From Adineta vaga (lineage: Eukaryota > Animalia > Rotifera): a stretch of DNA of 64,000 bases. The notes under the pieces are model-generated. The model did no database searches. It was not told where the DNA came from and worked only from the letters and a program-made list of their open reading frames with translations. The DNA lies in assembly GCA_021613535.1 (NCBI GenBank), contig CP075494.1, forward strand, positions 16,802,001 through 16,866,000. Reading direction: 5' to 3'. The translations under genes and the position numbers were made by a program. Below, in pieces: positions 11,376 to 24,682 of this stretch (position 1 is its first letter; each line of letters begins with the position of its first letter).

Positions 11376-13353
11376 ATTGAACTATTGAGCTATTTCACTG
11401 CTTGATGCCTACTGATCGCTCCCTTGCCCACACCCATACCCTTAGATGACTCCAATATAATTTTACTCTTTGTTGAATAGGTGAGAACTTGAACAGATCT
11501 ATAACTGAATAATTAAAAGGGTTAATAGTTGAATTCAGCTGTCGAGTCTTACGTAGGTGATCCATCTATGATTATATTTCTATATAACTAAAGAATATCT
11601 GTTCCTATATTCCTAAAGTTACATAACTATGCATATCTATGTATAACTAGAATTATTTCTTTTCCTTTTCTCTTTCACTAGCAGGAAAATGTCATGTAGT
11701 TTTCTATTTATTTTCGAATTGATGGTATGCACTAAGCTCTTCATTTATATTAGCAGTCGAATTAAGCATCTCATCCATCTGAAAAGGTAAATGGTTCTCT
11801 GTCAAATAAAACAATCACCACTTCTATATCTTGGAGTATAGTGAAAAAAGTTTGTGCAGGCCGAGGAACCCTTTTGGCCTTTGATTTCGAAAAAACTCTT
11901 GAATGCTGAGATTTAGAAAGTTAAAAAAGAATTCGTAAGTTTACTTTTACGGGCCGAACGTTTGTGGAAAGTTTCAAAGAGATCGCGTGTACTTTGTCAA
12001 AAATCGTTGTTGGACGTCGGGGAGGGGAGGGCTTAAGAGACTTTCCTCGTTAGCCTCCATCAGTCAACAATCCTCTCACCGCCACTAATCACGAGTCGAT
12101 AAAAACTAGAGAAAGTAGTCTTGACTCACTGTTACTTGGCATCAGATAATAACAAGTATTTATATTAATAAAAATGCAGTTGTCTTGGAAACACAACCGT
12201 GAAATTATTTCATGATTTCGCTAAAAAGAAGTCTCCTGATTTCTTATAAAAATCTTCTGGTTGCTTCCTTTTGTTTTGCAAAAAAACTCCTTGATTTTTT
12301 AATTTGGATTCGATAACCCTGATTAGGATCAGCATTCGATTTAAATAATGAACGAAGGATATGTATCAACTCTATTTACTCAATCAAACTAGAATGTTCA
12401 TCTTTTTTAGAGAATGAAAGTTTTTTTCCGAAAATGATACATACCAAATATATTCTTGTTTTTAAATGTTATCGCTTGAAGAGATCTTATTTTTTCAAAC
12501 TGTCCTAAAACAACACAAATATCTTGTTCTTTTTATAAGTATCGCTAGGAAATATGTCGTAGAAAGACAAAAAAAAATTGTCCAATCTTTTTTTCGTGAG
12601 AGCGTACATTCTCATAGATGAAACTGACTTTAAAAAGTATTTTTCAGTTGTCAATTTCCTTATAGAGATTTTTTTTCAAGTAGTTATTTCTTCATAAAGG
12701 AAGTTGTCCTTTCAATACATGTAGAAGAATAAATTGCTGATTTCATATTTAATAAATATCTTTTTTAGTTTTCATTGGATTTACCCTGAAAAATAATTTT
12801 TGAAAAACTAAGTTTTCAATTATCGATGAAACTGTTGATCAAGTTTTATTATAAGAATAAAGTTTTATGTGTGATTAGAACTGTAAGCTGTGCAACTGGG
12901 CCACCGTCTCATGATGTAGATGAGTAGGTGTAGATTAATAAATACAGCGAATCAACAATAAATAATTTGAATATGAAACAAGAAACGTAACTAATGATGA
13001 ATAAATGGGTTTTTTTTAATGTTTTTAAATAGTCTTTAAGCAATAAATGAATGAAATTGATGACGAAATAAGAAAATGTATATAAATCTGAAGTTATGAA
13101 TAGATACGAAGGAAATTTAATGAAAAGAAAACGAATGTAAATATTAATGTTTTGATATGTTTTAATCATTTAAAATAAGGAAAATGTACGAATGAATATT
13201 AAATTGAAATAAATGAAACAAATGAATAAATGGAGTTGAAATGAAAAAGAAGACGAACCTTTGGAATTGATGAGAGTAGAACTAAATAATAAGATGAGAA
13301 TTCTTTTGTTTTTAAATGAATTTATTCTAAATATTATAATAAATAATAACAAA

Positions 13354-13404
13354 TTGAGGGTGAGGATGCGTAGTATCAACGTCTATCATACCCACATTCT
13401 CGAA
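13354..13404. repeat. Telomere-like palindromic element (degenerate)
   Basis: TTGAGGGTGAGGATGCG ... ATACCCACATTCTCGA. A lone left arm ATCTTGAGGGTGTAG also occurs at 13757. Confidence 0.55.
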
Positions 13405-14263
13405 ATTGAACAAATTTTATAGAAAACATTTATATGCCGCTTCACTTCGTAGTGACGATGTATTAAAATCATATTTTGGCTTTAGAAAAGATTTCATAAT
13501 GATCAATATTTTCTAAAGAGTTTTTATTTGATAAAAAAAAGATACTGAAATTTCCATTTGTAGAAGATCTAAATTGAGCAGAAATATAATTTGAAAAAAC
13601 GGTATACTTAACAATATAACTATGTTTTTCAGTTAATCAAAGAAAATTTTAATTGAAAAAAAAAAGTATTTGAAATAATAATGCTCGTAAAATATCTAAT
13701 TACATTTGACATAAAAACAAATATATAAATTATATGAATAGAATTGAATGTAACAAATCTTGAGGGTGTAGATAACTAGTAGAAATAGTTTTGTTCTATT
13801 TTTTACAAAATAATATGAGAAAATCCTGTAATTTCAGTTGAAGAAGTTATTTATAATGATGTTTGATTCAACTTGTATTTGTTTATATTAGAAACGACTT
13901 AGAGTTCCATTCAATATCAATTGTTTTCAAAGAAAATTCAAGATTCATATTACAAATGTTTCGATCATATTTTGTAATATAATATTTTATTTATATTTTA
14001 TTCGAATTCAAAAGATACAGATTTCTGTTGAGAATATTTATGCTATGTAAGTTATTTTCATGAACTCTAATATTATTCACATATATTTAAAAGGTTCATA
14101 GTATCTATTTATATGAACATAAAAAGAATCATTGATGATTATATGTATCACTCCATTAACTTTATTAAATCTAAATAATATAAAAGTTTTATATCGATAA
14201 TTAGATAAACAAAATTCATTATGTCTTTCATTAATTCTTTATTTACAAATGAATTACGTCGAT

Positions 14264-14318
14264 TCTTGAGGATGTGGGTGTGGATGGGTGTAGATAAAGA
14301 AAGATAACACCCACACCC
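14264..14318. repeat. Telomere-like palindromic element
   Basis: TCTTGAGGATGTGGGTGTGGATGGGTGT-spacer-ACACCCACACCC. Confidence 0.75.
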
Positions 14319-14492
14319 ATGAAATAATCTCAACGACATAATTACAATCTTCAAATACAAGAATTTTAAAAAGAAGAAAAGTAATGACAGATTGCCATTA
14401 TAAGATACGATCAAGTTTTTTGTTGATGATAAAATAAAAAGTAATACGTTACAATACATATAAAATATTAAAGGACAATTGTCAACTTAATT

Positions 14493-15479
14493 TTATGCTC
14501 CGGTAGACCGTTGTTGGATGTGTTTTCTGACGAGTTTGATAAGTCCTTGACGAAAATATTTACTAGATAATGTGTAAATATAAAATGAAAAGATCTTGTC
14601 CACCAAACTAAACCAGAGAGTTATATTTAGTAGAAGTGCTTCGACAGAAATTCGAACATCACTTCTGACTATTGATAAAGGAATGAGCATATAAATTTTT
14701 ATGGCAAAAAGTGGTATAGAGCAAAGAAGATATACTACTACTTGTGTAAAGAGTAATCGTATGTTAGCTTGGTTAGTTTTTTGATTGTTTATTCGATTGT
14801 TGGCAACCGTCGACAATACGTTTGCTGCTATTGAAGTTATTGCTTCTGGTTTAAGACGTCGACCTTGACGAATGTGCAGTAGCGTACCAAAACCAAAGAT
14901 AAGCATGCATACAGGTGGTCCAACAGATTGAAAAATAAAGTAGCTAGCTATATCTATCGCGCTGCAGACACTATTTTGTGCGGAACATGGTACAGGTTTA
15001 GTGAATTGGTTTATCTCATAACAATAAAGTATTGGAGAAAAGATACAGGTTATGATGATAATTACGGTAATGGTGATACGACGAGTCATTTTCATACTAC
15101 TATATGAGCGCATGGTGGCATCACGAGATGATGAGAAGAATCGATCAGCACAACAGCCTACCATTAACCAACTTGAGATACAAATAGATATATAGTATAA
15201 ATAAACGTGTATTTTACATACGAATGATGAAGTATAAACGAATGCGAGATTGAAGCCAAGGAGTGTGCGAAATACAAGATATGGGTAAATGGTAATCAAA
15301 TTGGAAATAGAAGCAACTAGTAGGAAAGGAATACTTGGTGAAAGTGTCCACATGGCACGTCTTCTGAACAGAATAATGTTCAAGACATTACCTATAGTAC
15401 CAAGGACGATAAAACTGACACCTACAGCGATCAGAAGTTTGTTTCTAATATCATTAATTAACAACGACGTAGTAGACAT
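14493..15479 (-). CDS. Intronless class A (rhodopsin-like) GPCR, 328 aa
   Basis: Seven hydrophobic segments; GN in TM1, Cys at the TM3 start, DRF after TM3, CSIP in TM6, FYIY..SKYFR in TM7/helix 8. Confidence 0.9.
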   Translation of the reverse strand: MSTTSLLINDIRNKLLIAVGVSFIVLGTIGNVLNIILFRRRAMWTLSPSIPFLLVASISNLITIYPYLVFRTLLGFNLAFVYTSSFVCKIHVYLYYISICISSWLMVGCCADRFFSSSRDATMRSYSSMKMTRRITITVIIIITCIFSPILYCYEINQFTKPVPCSAQNSVCSAIDIASYFIFQSVGPPVCMLIFGFGTLLHIRQGRRLKPEAITSIAANVLSTVANNRINNQKTNQANIRLLFTQVVVYLLCSIPLFAIKIYMLIPLSIVRSDVRISVEALLLNITLWFSLVDKIFSFYIYTLSSKYFRQGLIKLVRKHIQQRSTGA

Positions 15480-15920
15480 TCTTATTATGGTGATGCTTTT
15501 TTGTAAAAATAAACAAGTAGCTAATGCCTCTTTTTTCGTATCTCTCGTTGAGAATGACTAAAAGAATTTATTCTAAGAAAGATAATGAGAAAAATTATAA
15601 AACTGTTTCCATCAGACATGCAACATTAACTGTTGTCACTGTTCTATATTTTTGTCATCTTTCAATTTTCCCTCCAACTGTGCTGGTTTAAAAAGTATAA
15701 AAAAAAGATTCAATCTACTTAAAGCATCAGAATACTTGAAAAGCTTATAAAAAGAACAAAAGCTGTTGACATTAATTCCTTATAGTCATCAATTTGATTA
15801 AAGTAAAAATCAAGGTTTAAAATAAGATCAAGTGAAAAGTGAATCAGTAGATTTTATGCCTCGAAATTGAAAAAACTATATGAATTGACATCAGAAACAT
15901 TAATCATCATGAGAATGAGA

Positions 15921-15971
15921 ATCTTGAGGATGTGGCTGTAGATAATTAATAAATACTCACACCCACACCCA
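15921..15971. repeat. Telomere-like palindromic element
   Basis: ATCTTGAGGATGTGGCTGTAG-spacer-TACTCACACCCACACCC. Confidence 0.75.
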
Positions 15972-16375
15972 TCTAATGGTTTAAAGATTCAAGTCAAAGA
16001 CACTCCTAGACAGTGTAAAATGAATATCGAAACATCTGTAACAGATAATGTTGTTTATCAGTTCATCATTTTAGTATTTAATGTTTTTGATATTTAATAA
16101 ATCAAAATACTAATTTAAGACTTTTAGTGAGTCAAATTTTCCGCTAATCTCAAAGTCAAACCATTCATAGGGACGTCTAGTTTCACTCTACTACAAAAAA
16201 TGCACAGAATTTTTGTGATAGATATATGTCTACAATCAACTAATAGGAAGCCATTTTTAAAAAGCATATGTCAGTGTACTTATTATAAAAAGAAATTACC
16301 ATCGTATCTCAATAAAAAAGCAAATAATAAATGTGAATGTATTATTAATATATTGAGTTATTCGACCTTGGATTT

Positions 16376-16427
16376 TAGGGTGTGGATGTGGGTGAACCAG
16401 GGATATGTAGCCTCACCACACCCATCC
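16376..16427. repeat. Telomere-like palindromic element (degenerate)
   Basis: TAGGGTGTGGATGTGGGTG-spacer-CTCACCACACCCATCC. Confidence 0.6.
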
Positions 16428-16539
16428 ATTAATATGATGAGCGAAAGTTATCTGGGTGAAACTATACTTCTTGAAAATGAACAAATACTCATAGTACAGA
16501 TGGATACAACAGTTCTAGAATACCTATTCAAGCATAATA

Positions 16540-16840
16540 GAACTTTAGGATCTATCATTGGTGGAAGTAATAGTGGTGCAATTTCATTTTCTACTGCTGA
16601 AATTTATAATAAAACAACACTTACATTTAAAGCTGTTGGATCAATGAAATATCGTCGAGAGAGATTTTCACTTACACTTTTACCATCAGATAAAGTATTA
16701 GCTATTGGTGGAACTGATTGGACAAACAAAATATTTTATCTTGTTTGTCAATTATATGATCCTGTCATACAAACTTGATCAGAGACAAAAAGCTTAATCT
16801 TGTAATTGGTGGTTATAACGAAAATAGTAATGGAATTGCT
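16540..16840 (+). pseudogene. Kelch-repeat fragment
   Basis: IIGG..STAEIYN..TFKAVGSMKYRRERFSLTLLPSDKVLAIGG..QLYDP, then a stop and a residual IGGYN. Ends at a MITE. Confidence 0.7.
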
Positions 16841-16847
16841 ATTTAAA

Positions 16848-17160
16848 TAGGGGTGCAACAAACCCAAAGTCTTGGATTTGTTTCAACAGATTTGGTTACG
16901 GATTTGGATTTATGTTTGGGTTTGTTTGATTAGATTTGGGTTTGGATTTGTCTGCGGCTTTGGGTTAAAAGTTTCATATCAAGTGTGCATAAGCAGTTTT
17001 CAGCACTTACAGTGTGTTTCCAGAGGCAGATAAATTTCTGGCGACTCAACTACATAGTCTCATCACACTTTTAGACTTCAACTGTGAAATATAAATCTAA
17101 ATTTCAAACCAAATCCTGAGATCCAAATCCAAATCTTCATAAAGATTTGCTGCACCCCTA
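16848..17160. mobile_element. hAT-like MITE
   Basis: TIRs TAGGGGTGCAACAAA / TTTGCTGCACCCCTA with mirrored GGATTT/AAATCC subterminal repeats. No intact TSD. Confidence 0.7.
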
Positions 17161-17467
17161 ATACTTATAAAGAGTAACATATTCATACATTTTTATAGGA
17201 GAAAAGTAAAGTAAATAAACACTATGATGAATCACAAATGTACAGATTGCAGTTGTCATACGTGTAGTTTGTAACGGAAATGAAAGGAAAAAAAATTATG
17301 CGTTCACAGAAAGAAACAAAATTCATTTCAAAGACTTTAGTGTTACTTTTTATGTATAAGAATGCAATGAAGGCCGCAATAATAAAAAATGCCCATCAAT
17401 AGAAAAAGAAATCAACAATCTTTTCTTTTTTTTTAATAATATTTAATAACATCTCATCATCATGATA

Positions 17468-17488
17468 TACTCACACCCACACCCTCAA
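17468..17488 (-). repeat. Telomere-like arm TACTCACACCCACACCCTCAA
   Basis: Matches the family consensus right arm. Confidence 0.7.
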
Positions 17489-19349
17489 AATTAATGATAT
17501 CAGGTATTTTACGTGTATTGATCTGTTGACTTCAAATTATAAAATATCAGATTTATTAATCAATTTCAGAAGTGTTAAATTATTGAAATAATTTTAAAAT
17601 AAACTTGCATTTATAATTATCAAGAATTTTTATACAAATAAACTAGACTTTTAAATCGATCAAGTATTTATAAATCACCTACTTTCGAACTCAACAGTCC
17701 TTGTGAGGAAAATGAAAAATGAAGAGTACAGTGAAGATTTCTACAGTTACCTAAAAGACGATATTTGGAAGAGTCTCAAATACCTTGAATAGTTTTTCGA
17801 AGGAACGTAATTGATACTTCTTTAAGAACGGGCTCAACTGATTATCAATGCCTAGAAATAAGAGAAAAAATAAAATCTGTAATACACATGATACTGTTAT
17901 ATAAAGTTACAATATCCTCGATTAGAAACCGATCCAATAAGAACAAGTTAGTTTGAGTATGAATAAAAGATTGTTAAACAAATTATCAATAGACTGGATT
18001 TACAAATTAAAATAAGTCTGCTCTTAATTCAAGTGACATACGTAACTATCGAATAAAATCCGACGTTTCTGCATTTATTTTTGACATTTTTTCTAAAACA
18101 GTATGTGAAGATTTCTGAGTCCAAAAGAACTTGTTTAAAAATATATGTATGTGTATATACGTATTTATTCTTTATAAGAAATAGCAACTATGCTGTATTT
18201 TCTTCGTCCTTTATATAGTACCCAGAAAGATACAGTCACGGGCTAATACAAAAATATATAATTTTCAGGATACTGTTTTCTTAATCTAAGTGTCACATGT
18301 TGAAATAATTCATAAGTCAAAAACATAAAAAAAACTAAGATAAACAGAAAAGAATAAGATATTGAAGTATCATGTATGATCTGGATACATATGTTAATCA
18401 TAAGAGGACAAATATATCGATAACTAAATGTACCGAGAGATAATTAGAAAGAATTAGAAAAGTAAGCCACAGAGCAAAGCGGAGAAGAGGAAGAGAGAGG
18501 AAGGAAAAAAAGAGAGAAAAAATATCCGTCAAAAAAATAGCACAATGTGTAAAAAGAAAAGAGTGTGCGATCATTCAGATTGTCACACAGTACAATGATT
18601 TTGCTCTACTTTCATTTCCTTTTTCTTTTTGCCGTACATATACAAGAATCATCACATGAGCGATCAAGCTTTCTTCCTTACAAAAAGTCACCATTTTAGT
18701 TAATTATAAGTCATTACAGGGTTTTTTCAGCACTTTCTAAATTATTTTTTCTCATACTCTATAGAGAACGAACAGACATTTAATACTTCTGTTGAAAAAG
18801 TACTAAGGACTTGGCCACATCGGATTATGTTGCAATGCAAACAAAATTAATTATAATAAAATAAGATTACATTCTTTAATAGACTTTCTAGTGTACTCAA
18901 AAGATGACTACACTACAAGAATCGATCAGTGTATCCGGCCGACCGTTTACACAATAACTTTCTATTCCCCATAAGTTATATAAATTGACTTGATTTTCAA
19001 CGTTGATTCTGAATCTGATAGTTGTATTGAAACTTTGCCTGAAACAAGTCTCAAAATGTGCCAAAAGTACGTCCAGAAAGCAAGTTGTCTAGATATATCT
19101 TGGACGACCACTAGTTTTAGAATTTCACAAAGGTCTACCAGATAGTAATTACTAGTATCTTTGAGCTGTAATGCAAATATTGATGTTTGTATCTATCGTA
19201 TATCTCTTCTAGATTCATGAAGTTACTTAACTTACAACCATAATCCTGATAGATGAGAATACACAAATTCTCGAACTTTCTGCATTTATTTTATATTCTT
19301 TTCAGTTTATTGAAATGATATTTCATTCTAATAAAAAATATTGCTGTTT

Positions 19350-19353
<4 letters not shown>

Positions 19354-19424
<71 letters not shown>
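19354..19424. repeat. (CT)n microsatellite, ~35 units
   Basis: Directly visible, ~270 bp upstream of the PAN/FG-GAP gene. Confidence 0.95.
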
Positions 19425-19429
<5 letters not shown>

Positions 19430-19693
19430 CGATGTAAAAAGAAAAATAAGTATTATTAAATAGCTAAAAGTACTTTGGAATATTTAAAAAGAATGACGAC
19501 GAATAACCATTTTCAAAATGAGCTTGTATATATTTTTAGCTGTACGAAGAAGAATATAATATATTGTTTTCTCATAATATTAGTTATAGAAAGAAAGAAA
19601 GAAAGAAAAAGAGAATACATAGTTTCTGTTTTGAGTTTTACTTTTAATTAAATAAATTCTCTTTTTGCCATAGAAATTACGGCCAGATTGATT

Positions 19694-21381
19694 ATGATTT
19701 CCATAAAAATATCAATATTGATTCTGTTTATTATATTGAAACAAATAGAAACAGAAGATATGACATCATTCAAAATGTCTATTATGAATGGATGGCAATT
19801 TCAATGTGCTACAACAACATGTTTACCATTTTCTAGTGTTACTATTTCGAATGTTCGTCAATGTCAAACAAAATGCTTATATTATACTCAATGCAAATCG
19901 ATTAATTTTCAATTATCAACTTCTAGATGTCAATTGTTTTCTGATACACTCGATCCAAGTACTGATTTACAAGCAAGCACAGGAGTGATTACTATGATAG
20001 TCAAAGATGGAACACGAATACCATCAGGTTTGTTTAAATACACTGATAAAAAGATTGAAAAAATCTTAGTGTTCATCATTTATTGCCAGTTTTCTCGTAG
20101 TTCCAGATGAAATTTCATAGTCTGAAATCTATTAGAGAGAAAAAAAGTTTTCAGGAAATCTCATATGAATTTTGCACAAAAAATAACACAGTTTTGTGCT
20201 TTGAAGTTTTTGTTTTTATCGAAGAATTGCAGCTATTCTTTATAGATAAAGAAACTCATTTTCAATATATATTTCTTATTTTTGTCTAATTTCTACATAT
20301 AATAGAACCAATTACTACGTCGACATCAACATCGTCAACATCAACAACGACATTTAATGGTGCATTTTATAATCAAACAACTTATGCAGTTGGAAGCGGA
20401 CCATATTCAATTGCCGTTGCTGATCTTAATAATGACAATCAATTAGATATAATTGTGGCAAATAAGGCGGCGAATACCTTTAGTATTCTTTATAATAAAG
20501 GTAATGGAACATTTAATACACAAATAACTTACCCAACTGGTGCATCTCCATTTTTTTTAACAACATGTGATGTTAATATGGATAATAGTATTGATATTAT
20601 TGTGGCAGATGCAGATTCTGATATCATTACTGTTTATTTTAATACAGGATATGGAAATTTTTCTATTAAAAATAATTATACAATAAATAATAGACCATTT
20701 TCAATAACTACTGCTGATATAAATAATGATAATAAAACTGATATTATTGTTACTACATTTAATGCTGTAACTGCTGTTATACTCTTAAATTTAGGCAACG
20801 GAACATTTTATATTCAAGGAAATTACACAATTTGTAATTTACCACGTTATTTAGTCGTCGCTGACATTAATGATGATAAAAAACTTGATATTATTGCAAT
20901 ATCGTCTAGTAACACTACAAATATTATTTTCAATAAAGGAAATGGCAATTTTTCTACACCAGTTAAATATGCTGTTGGTTCCAATCCATATTCATTAGCA
21001 GTTGTCGACATAAATGAAGATAATAAATTGGATATTATTACTTCAAATAATGGTGCAAATACTACTAGTATTCTTTATAATCAAGGTAATGGTACTTTTT
21101 CATCTCAAATTACTTACAATGTTGGTTCACAACCACATTCTGTATCAGTTGTTGATTTAAATGGAGATCATAAACCAGATATTATTGCTGCAAATACTGA
21201 TTCTAATACTATTAGTATTCTTTATAATCAAGGAAATGGTACCTTTTCATCTCAAATGACTTACACTGTCGGTAATGCGCCCTTTTACATGATCGTAATT
21301 GATATAAACAATGATAATAAACCGGATATAATTGTTCCAAATTATACTTCGAATAATGTTACAGTTCTTTTACAAAATTAA
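19694..21381 (+). CDS. Secreted PAN/apple + Thr-rich linker + FG-GAP (VCBS-like) beta-propeller protein, ~469 aa, 2 exons (19694-20027, 20306-21381)
   Basis: Signal peptide; CQTKC..CKSINF..CQLF apple motif; in-frame phase-1 intron gtttgt..aatag; seven DxNxDxKxDII...NxGNGTF repeats. Confidence 0.88.
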
Positions 21382-21899
21382 GATTTGATTATCAACTAAA
21401 CTTTATTCAATATATTAATTATCATTCTAGTTACTCTTTACATTTTTTAACCTTGTAAAATCTAATACAAAAAAAAAGACATATCTATAAAAAATAATTA
21501 TGTCAGTATATGTATTGATAAGACAACAACGTATTGGTATTTTCTTTATTATTGACATGTAGGAATAAAAGTAGTAATTCGTTACACAGAAAGTATATTT
21601 TATATCGTTGTTGTGAGTTAGAATAAGCTTTGCGTACTGATCAATTCCTTTTTCATCAAAGTGTTCATAACAAATTTTATAACTGTTATATCTCTCTGAT
21701 GAATATTATGAATATTTTTACAAATTATTTTACTTATAAAAGAACAAATAACCGATCTATATTTCAAAAATGAGAAGAAAAAAACATAACATATTCATAT
21801 TTTATCATTTTTATCCTCAATTCAAAACATGATTGAACATTTTCTTGTTTTTTTTATTATTTATAATTTATTAAGAAAACAATAAAAAGTACAGACAAA

Positions 21900-22660
21900 G
21901 AAGAAATCATCAAACTTCCATTTTCACCAGATTTTTAGTTTATGTTTATAATAATATTCTGTAAAATTTCGATGATAAAACAAAGATAAGAAAAATAATC
22001 ATTGGTGGAATAAATGAAATAAAATAATCACAAAGAAATATTCATGAATCTCTTGTTGAATTCATACATTTCGAGACATAGGATAGAACTAAACGTGGTA
22101 AAGCAAGAATAATTAAAATAACAGATGCAACCAATAAATGTTGATGTTCTCCAATTTTCTCATGTAACATATCTTTATAGAAGATCGATTTTTATGAAGA
22201 ATAAATTGTTGATGAGATGTTTTTGTTATTAAAATAATTGATGAAATAAAATTAATAAGAAATAGAATAATAAAAATGAAATGTATTTATTATTGGATTA
22301 TAAATTTGTAATTTCAAAGAATAATTGACAATACACCATATTATTATTTTATTATTATCATTTTCATTTTCTTCTTGAAATAAATGTCGATAAATTGGAT
22401 TATAAATTGATGTTAAAATAGGGAATAATAAAAGAAAAATTATAAATTTTTTAACGAATTCTATACTTTTTATTTTTCACAAATCAAATACTTTGAATAA
22501 CTGTTATTGTTCTTTCCATTGATACATATGAAGATATAAATTCGAAGAAGAAGATCTAATGAATATCATTGACTTGTTTATAAGAATGAATGATAATATT
22601 GAAATTTGTGTATAAAGATAAATAAAATCGTTATTAATAATCTAATTATTGATGAACATA
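21900..22660 (-). pseudogene. Decayed GPCR-like 7TM C-terminus (same family as 9024-9740)
   Basis: Minus-strand translation gives HLLVASVILIILALPRLVLSYVSKCMNSTRDS* and FISFIPPMIIFLIFVLSSKFYR, with many stops. Not in the ORF track. Confidence 0.6.
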
Positions 22661-22681
22661 ATAAATAAAGGCTTTTATTTA

Positions 22682-22795
22682 AATGATCAGTATTTTTTGT
22701 GAATGATCAGTTTGATTTATTGATCAGTAGAAAATTTATTTTTGATTAGTAGAAATTGTACTTTGATTAGTAAAATTTGAATTTTGATCAGTATA
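22682..22795. repeat. Degenerate ~21-bp minisatellite with a TGAT(C/T)AGT core, ~6 units
   Basis: Periodic tgatcagt/tgattagt cores. Confidence 0.6.
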
Positions 22796-22820
22796 CTGTT
22801 TCATGTTGAATAATTGTTAT

Positions 22821-22906
22821 ATCTTGAGGCTGAGGCTGTGGATGTGGGTGCGAGTTTGTAGCAGAGTATACGTGGGCACAAAATAACAGGACACCCACCC
22901 CCATCT
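22821..22906. repeat. Telomere-like palindromic element
   Basis: ATCTTGAGGCTGAGGCTGTGGATGTGGGTGCGAGT ... ACACCCACCCCCATC. Confidence 0.6.
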
Positions 22907-24682
22907 TAACGCTATGAAAAGATCCCATATGTAGCCTCTTGTAGAGCAAGTCAAGCTCTATCGATTGGTATATGACTCAGTTTTCTCAGAGGAAAATTGA
23001 TATGAAAAAATTCATAAGAAAAGAAAACATCATTTTGCTCATTTTTCATGTCATTTTTTAGGGTGAAATCGTTCGACATACCCTAACTCTCCTAAAGTAA
23101 ATCTTCAGACCATAATATTTCGGATTCATATATGGGTCGATAGTGCCTAACTTCCTATGGGGCCAGATCCCAAATCCGTTGACCCCCATGTTTTAGGAAA
23201 CTTTGGTTTTTTCGTGGAACGTCTCTTAAGAAGAATTGCTGTACGATTTGTACTTGTAAATTCCATTTGTTTTGTTGTTCGTTTTTTGTTAGAATATATT
23301 TGTTTATATACAGAATAGTTGATGACTCATCATGTGGTCAAACTGGACTATTATATAAATTCATTTCTACCAATGAATATTCGAGACAGTTTTCTATCTA
23401 TGACTAATCACGAAGAGTAACACTAAATACGCAATTTCTTTTCATTAAAAACACATAAATGAATAAAGATCCAAATGCTAAGAGCCGAAATGAGAAAAGG
23501 ACACAAATGAGAAGGGACGATTCCATCCGAATCGGGAGTAAACCGTTCTTTTGTCTGATAACAAATTTACAATAGTATTAGAGTGAGAAACGTATATCAA
23601 AATTTTTCATAATGAATAATTTCTAATGTTTATGGTTCTTGTTTCACCGCTCTTAAAAACTAAGAATATTCGGCTCGTTTCATAAAATCATTATAAAAAT
23701 TTAGTCATTCATGTAATTTTAATAATATTTCATTTTTTATTCACCACTGTTATGAAGTTTATAATTAAATTAGACATCATTTTTCTAAAATGACTTTATA
23801 CATTGAATATTCAGTATTGTTGTTGTTATTTTAATTATTATCAAACTTTAATCTCAAATGTCATTTTCAGTTTTTGCTCCACTATATGCTAGATTGTAGA
23901 TAGAGTCTAATAATCCTGTGCAAATCATATCCAAAATAAGTGGAATTCATTCTTAAGAAATACGTGGTAACTCTTGTTCGATAAATTTAAAATTTTCTTT
24001 TATCGGTCATATGATGTCATCTTCGTTTAATAACGATAGAGTATTGTCGATAATAATCATTGCCTATTAAGTTTTTTATTGGATCGATTTTTCACTACTA
24101 ATAACAACCTTCTTCCATCATAGATCGATGATTGATTAATTTTTTTTTTTTTTTTTTTGGAGACAAAGCTTTATTCAATATAATTGCAGTACAAGATCGA
24201 AGAAAAAAACAACGGATGTACGTTATTATATGAACGCTGGAAAGAGAAAAGAAAGCGGACGCATGACTTGTGTCTTATGTCCGTAGAAGGGAGAGAAGAA
24301 GTTAGTTATAAGTTACATAGAGGAGTGAAAAAGTATTGGCACATGTAAATCATCAAAAAACGTGGTGTATGTTTTGTTACAATGTTCGGGAGGAGAGAGT
24401 GATACATGATGTCTTTATGAAGAAGAGAGAAAAGAAAGCTTGAATGGTGTACTCGCTTGTTGACTTCGTGTCCAGTAAATATGTGAAGAGATACAGAGCA
24501 AGTGATTCAACATATAATATAAAGGAGTCAGCAAGAGCATTGCTGCGTTTCTTGATATATATGAATGAAGCAAACTCGTAGTACACGATTCCGATATAAC
24601 ATTTTTTGTACCGATTCGGCCAGCACAAGAATAGTCTTGAATATCGATGTATGTATTATAAAGATATTCAGGAGGTGTTGTT

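Noticed and set aside
12909-14459. F/I/L-rich short ORFs
   Set aside because: Low-complexity AT-rich sequence with no motifs or splice structure.
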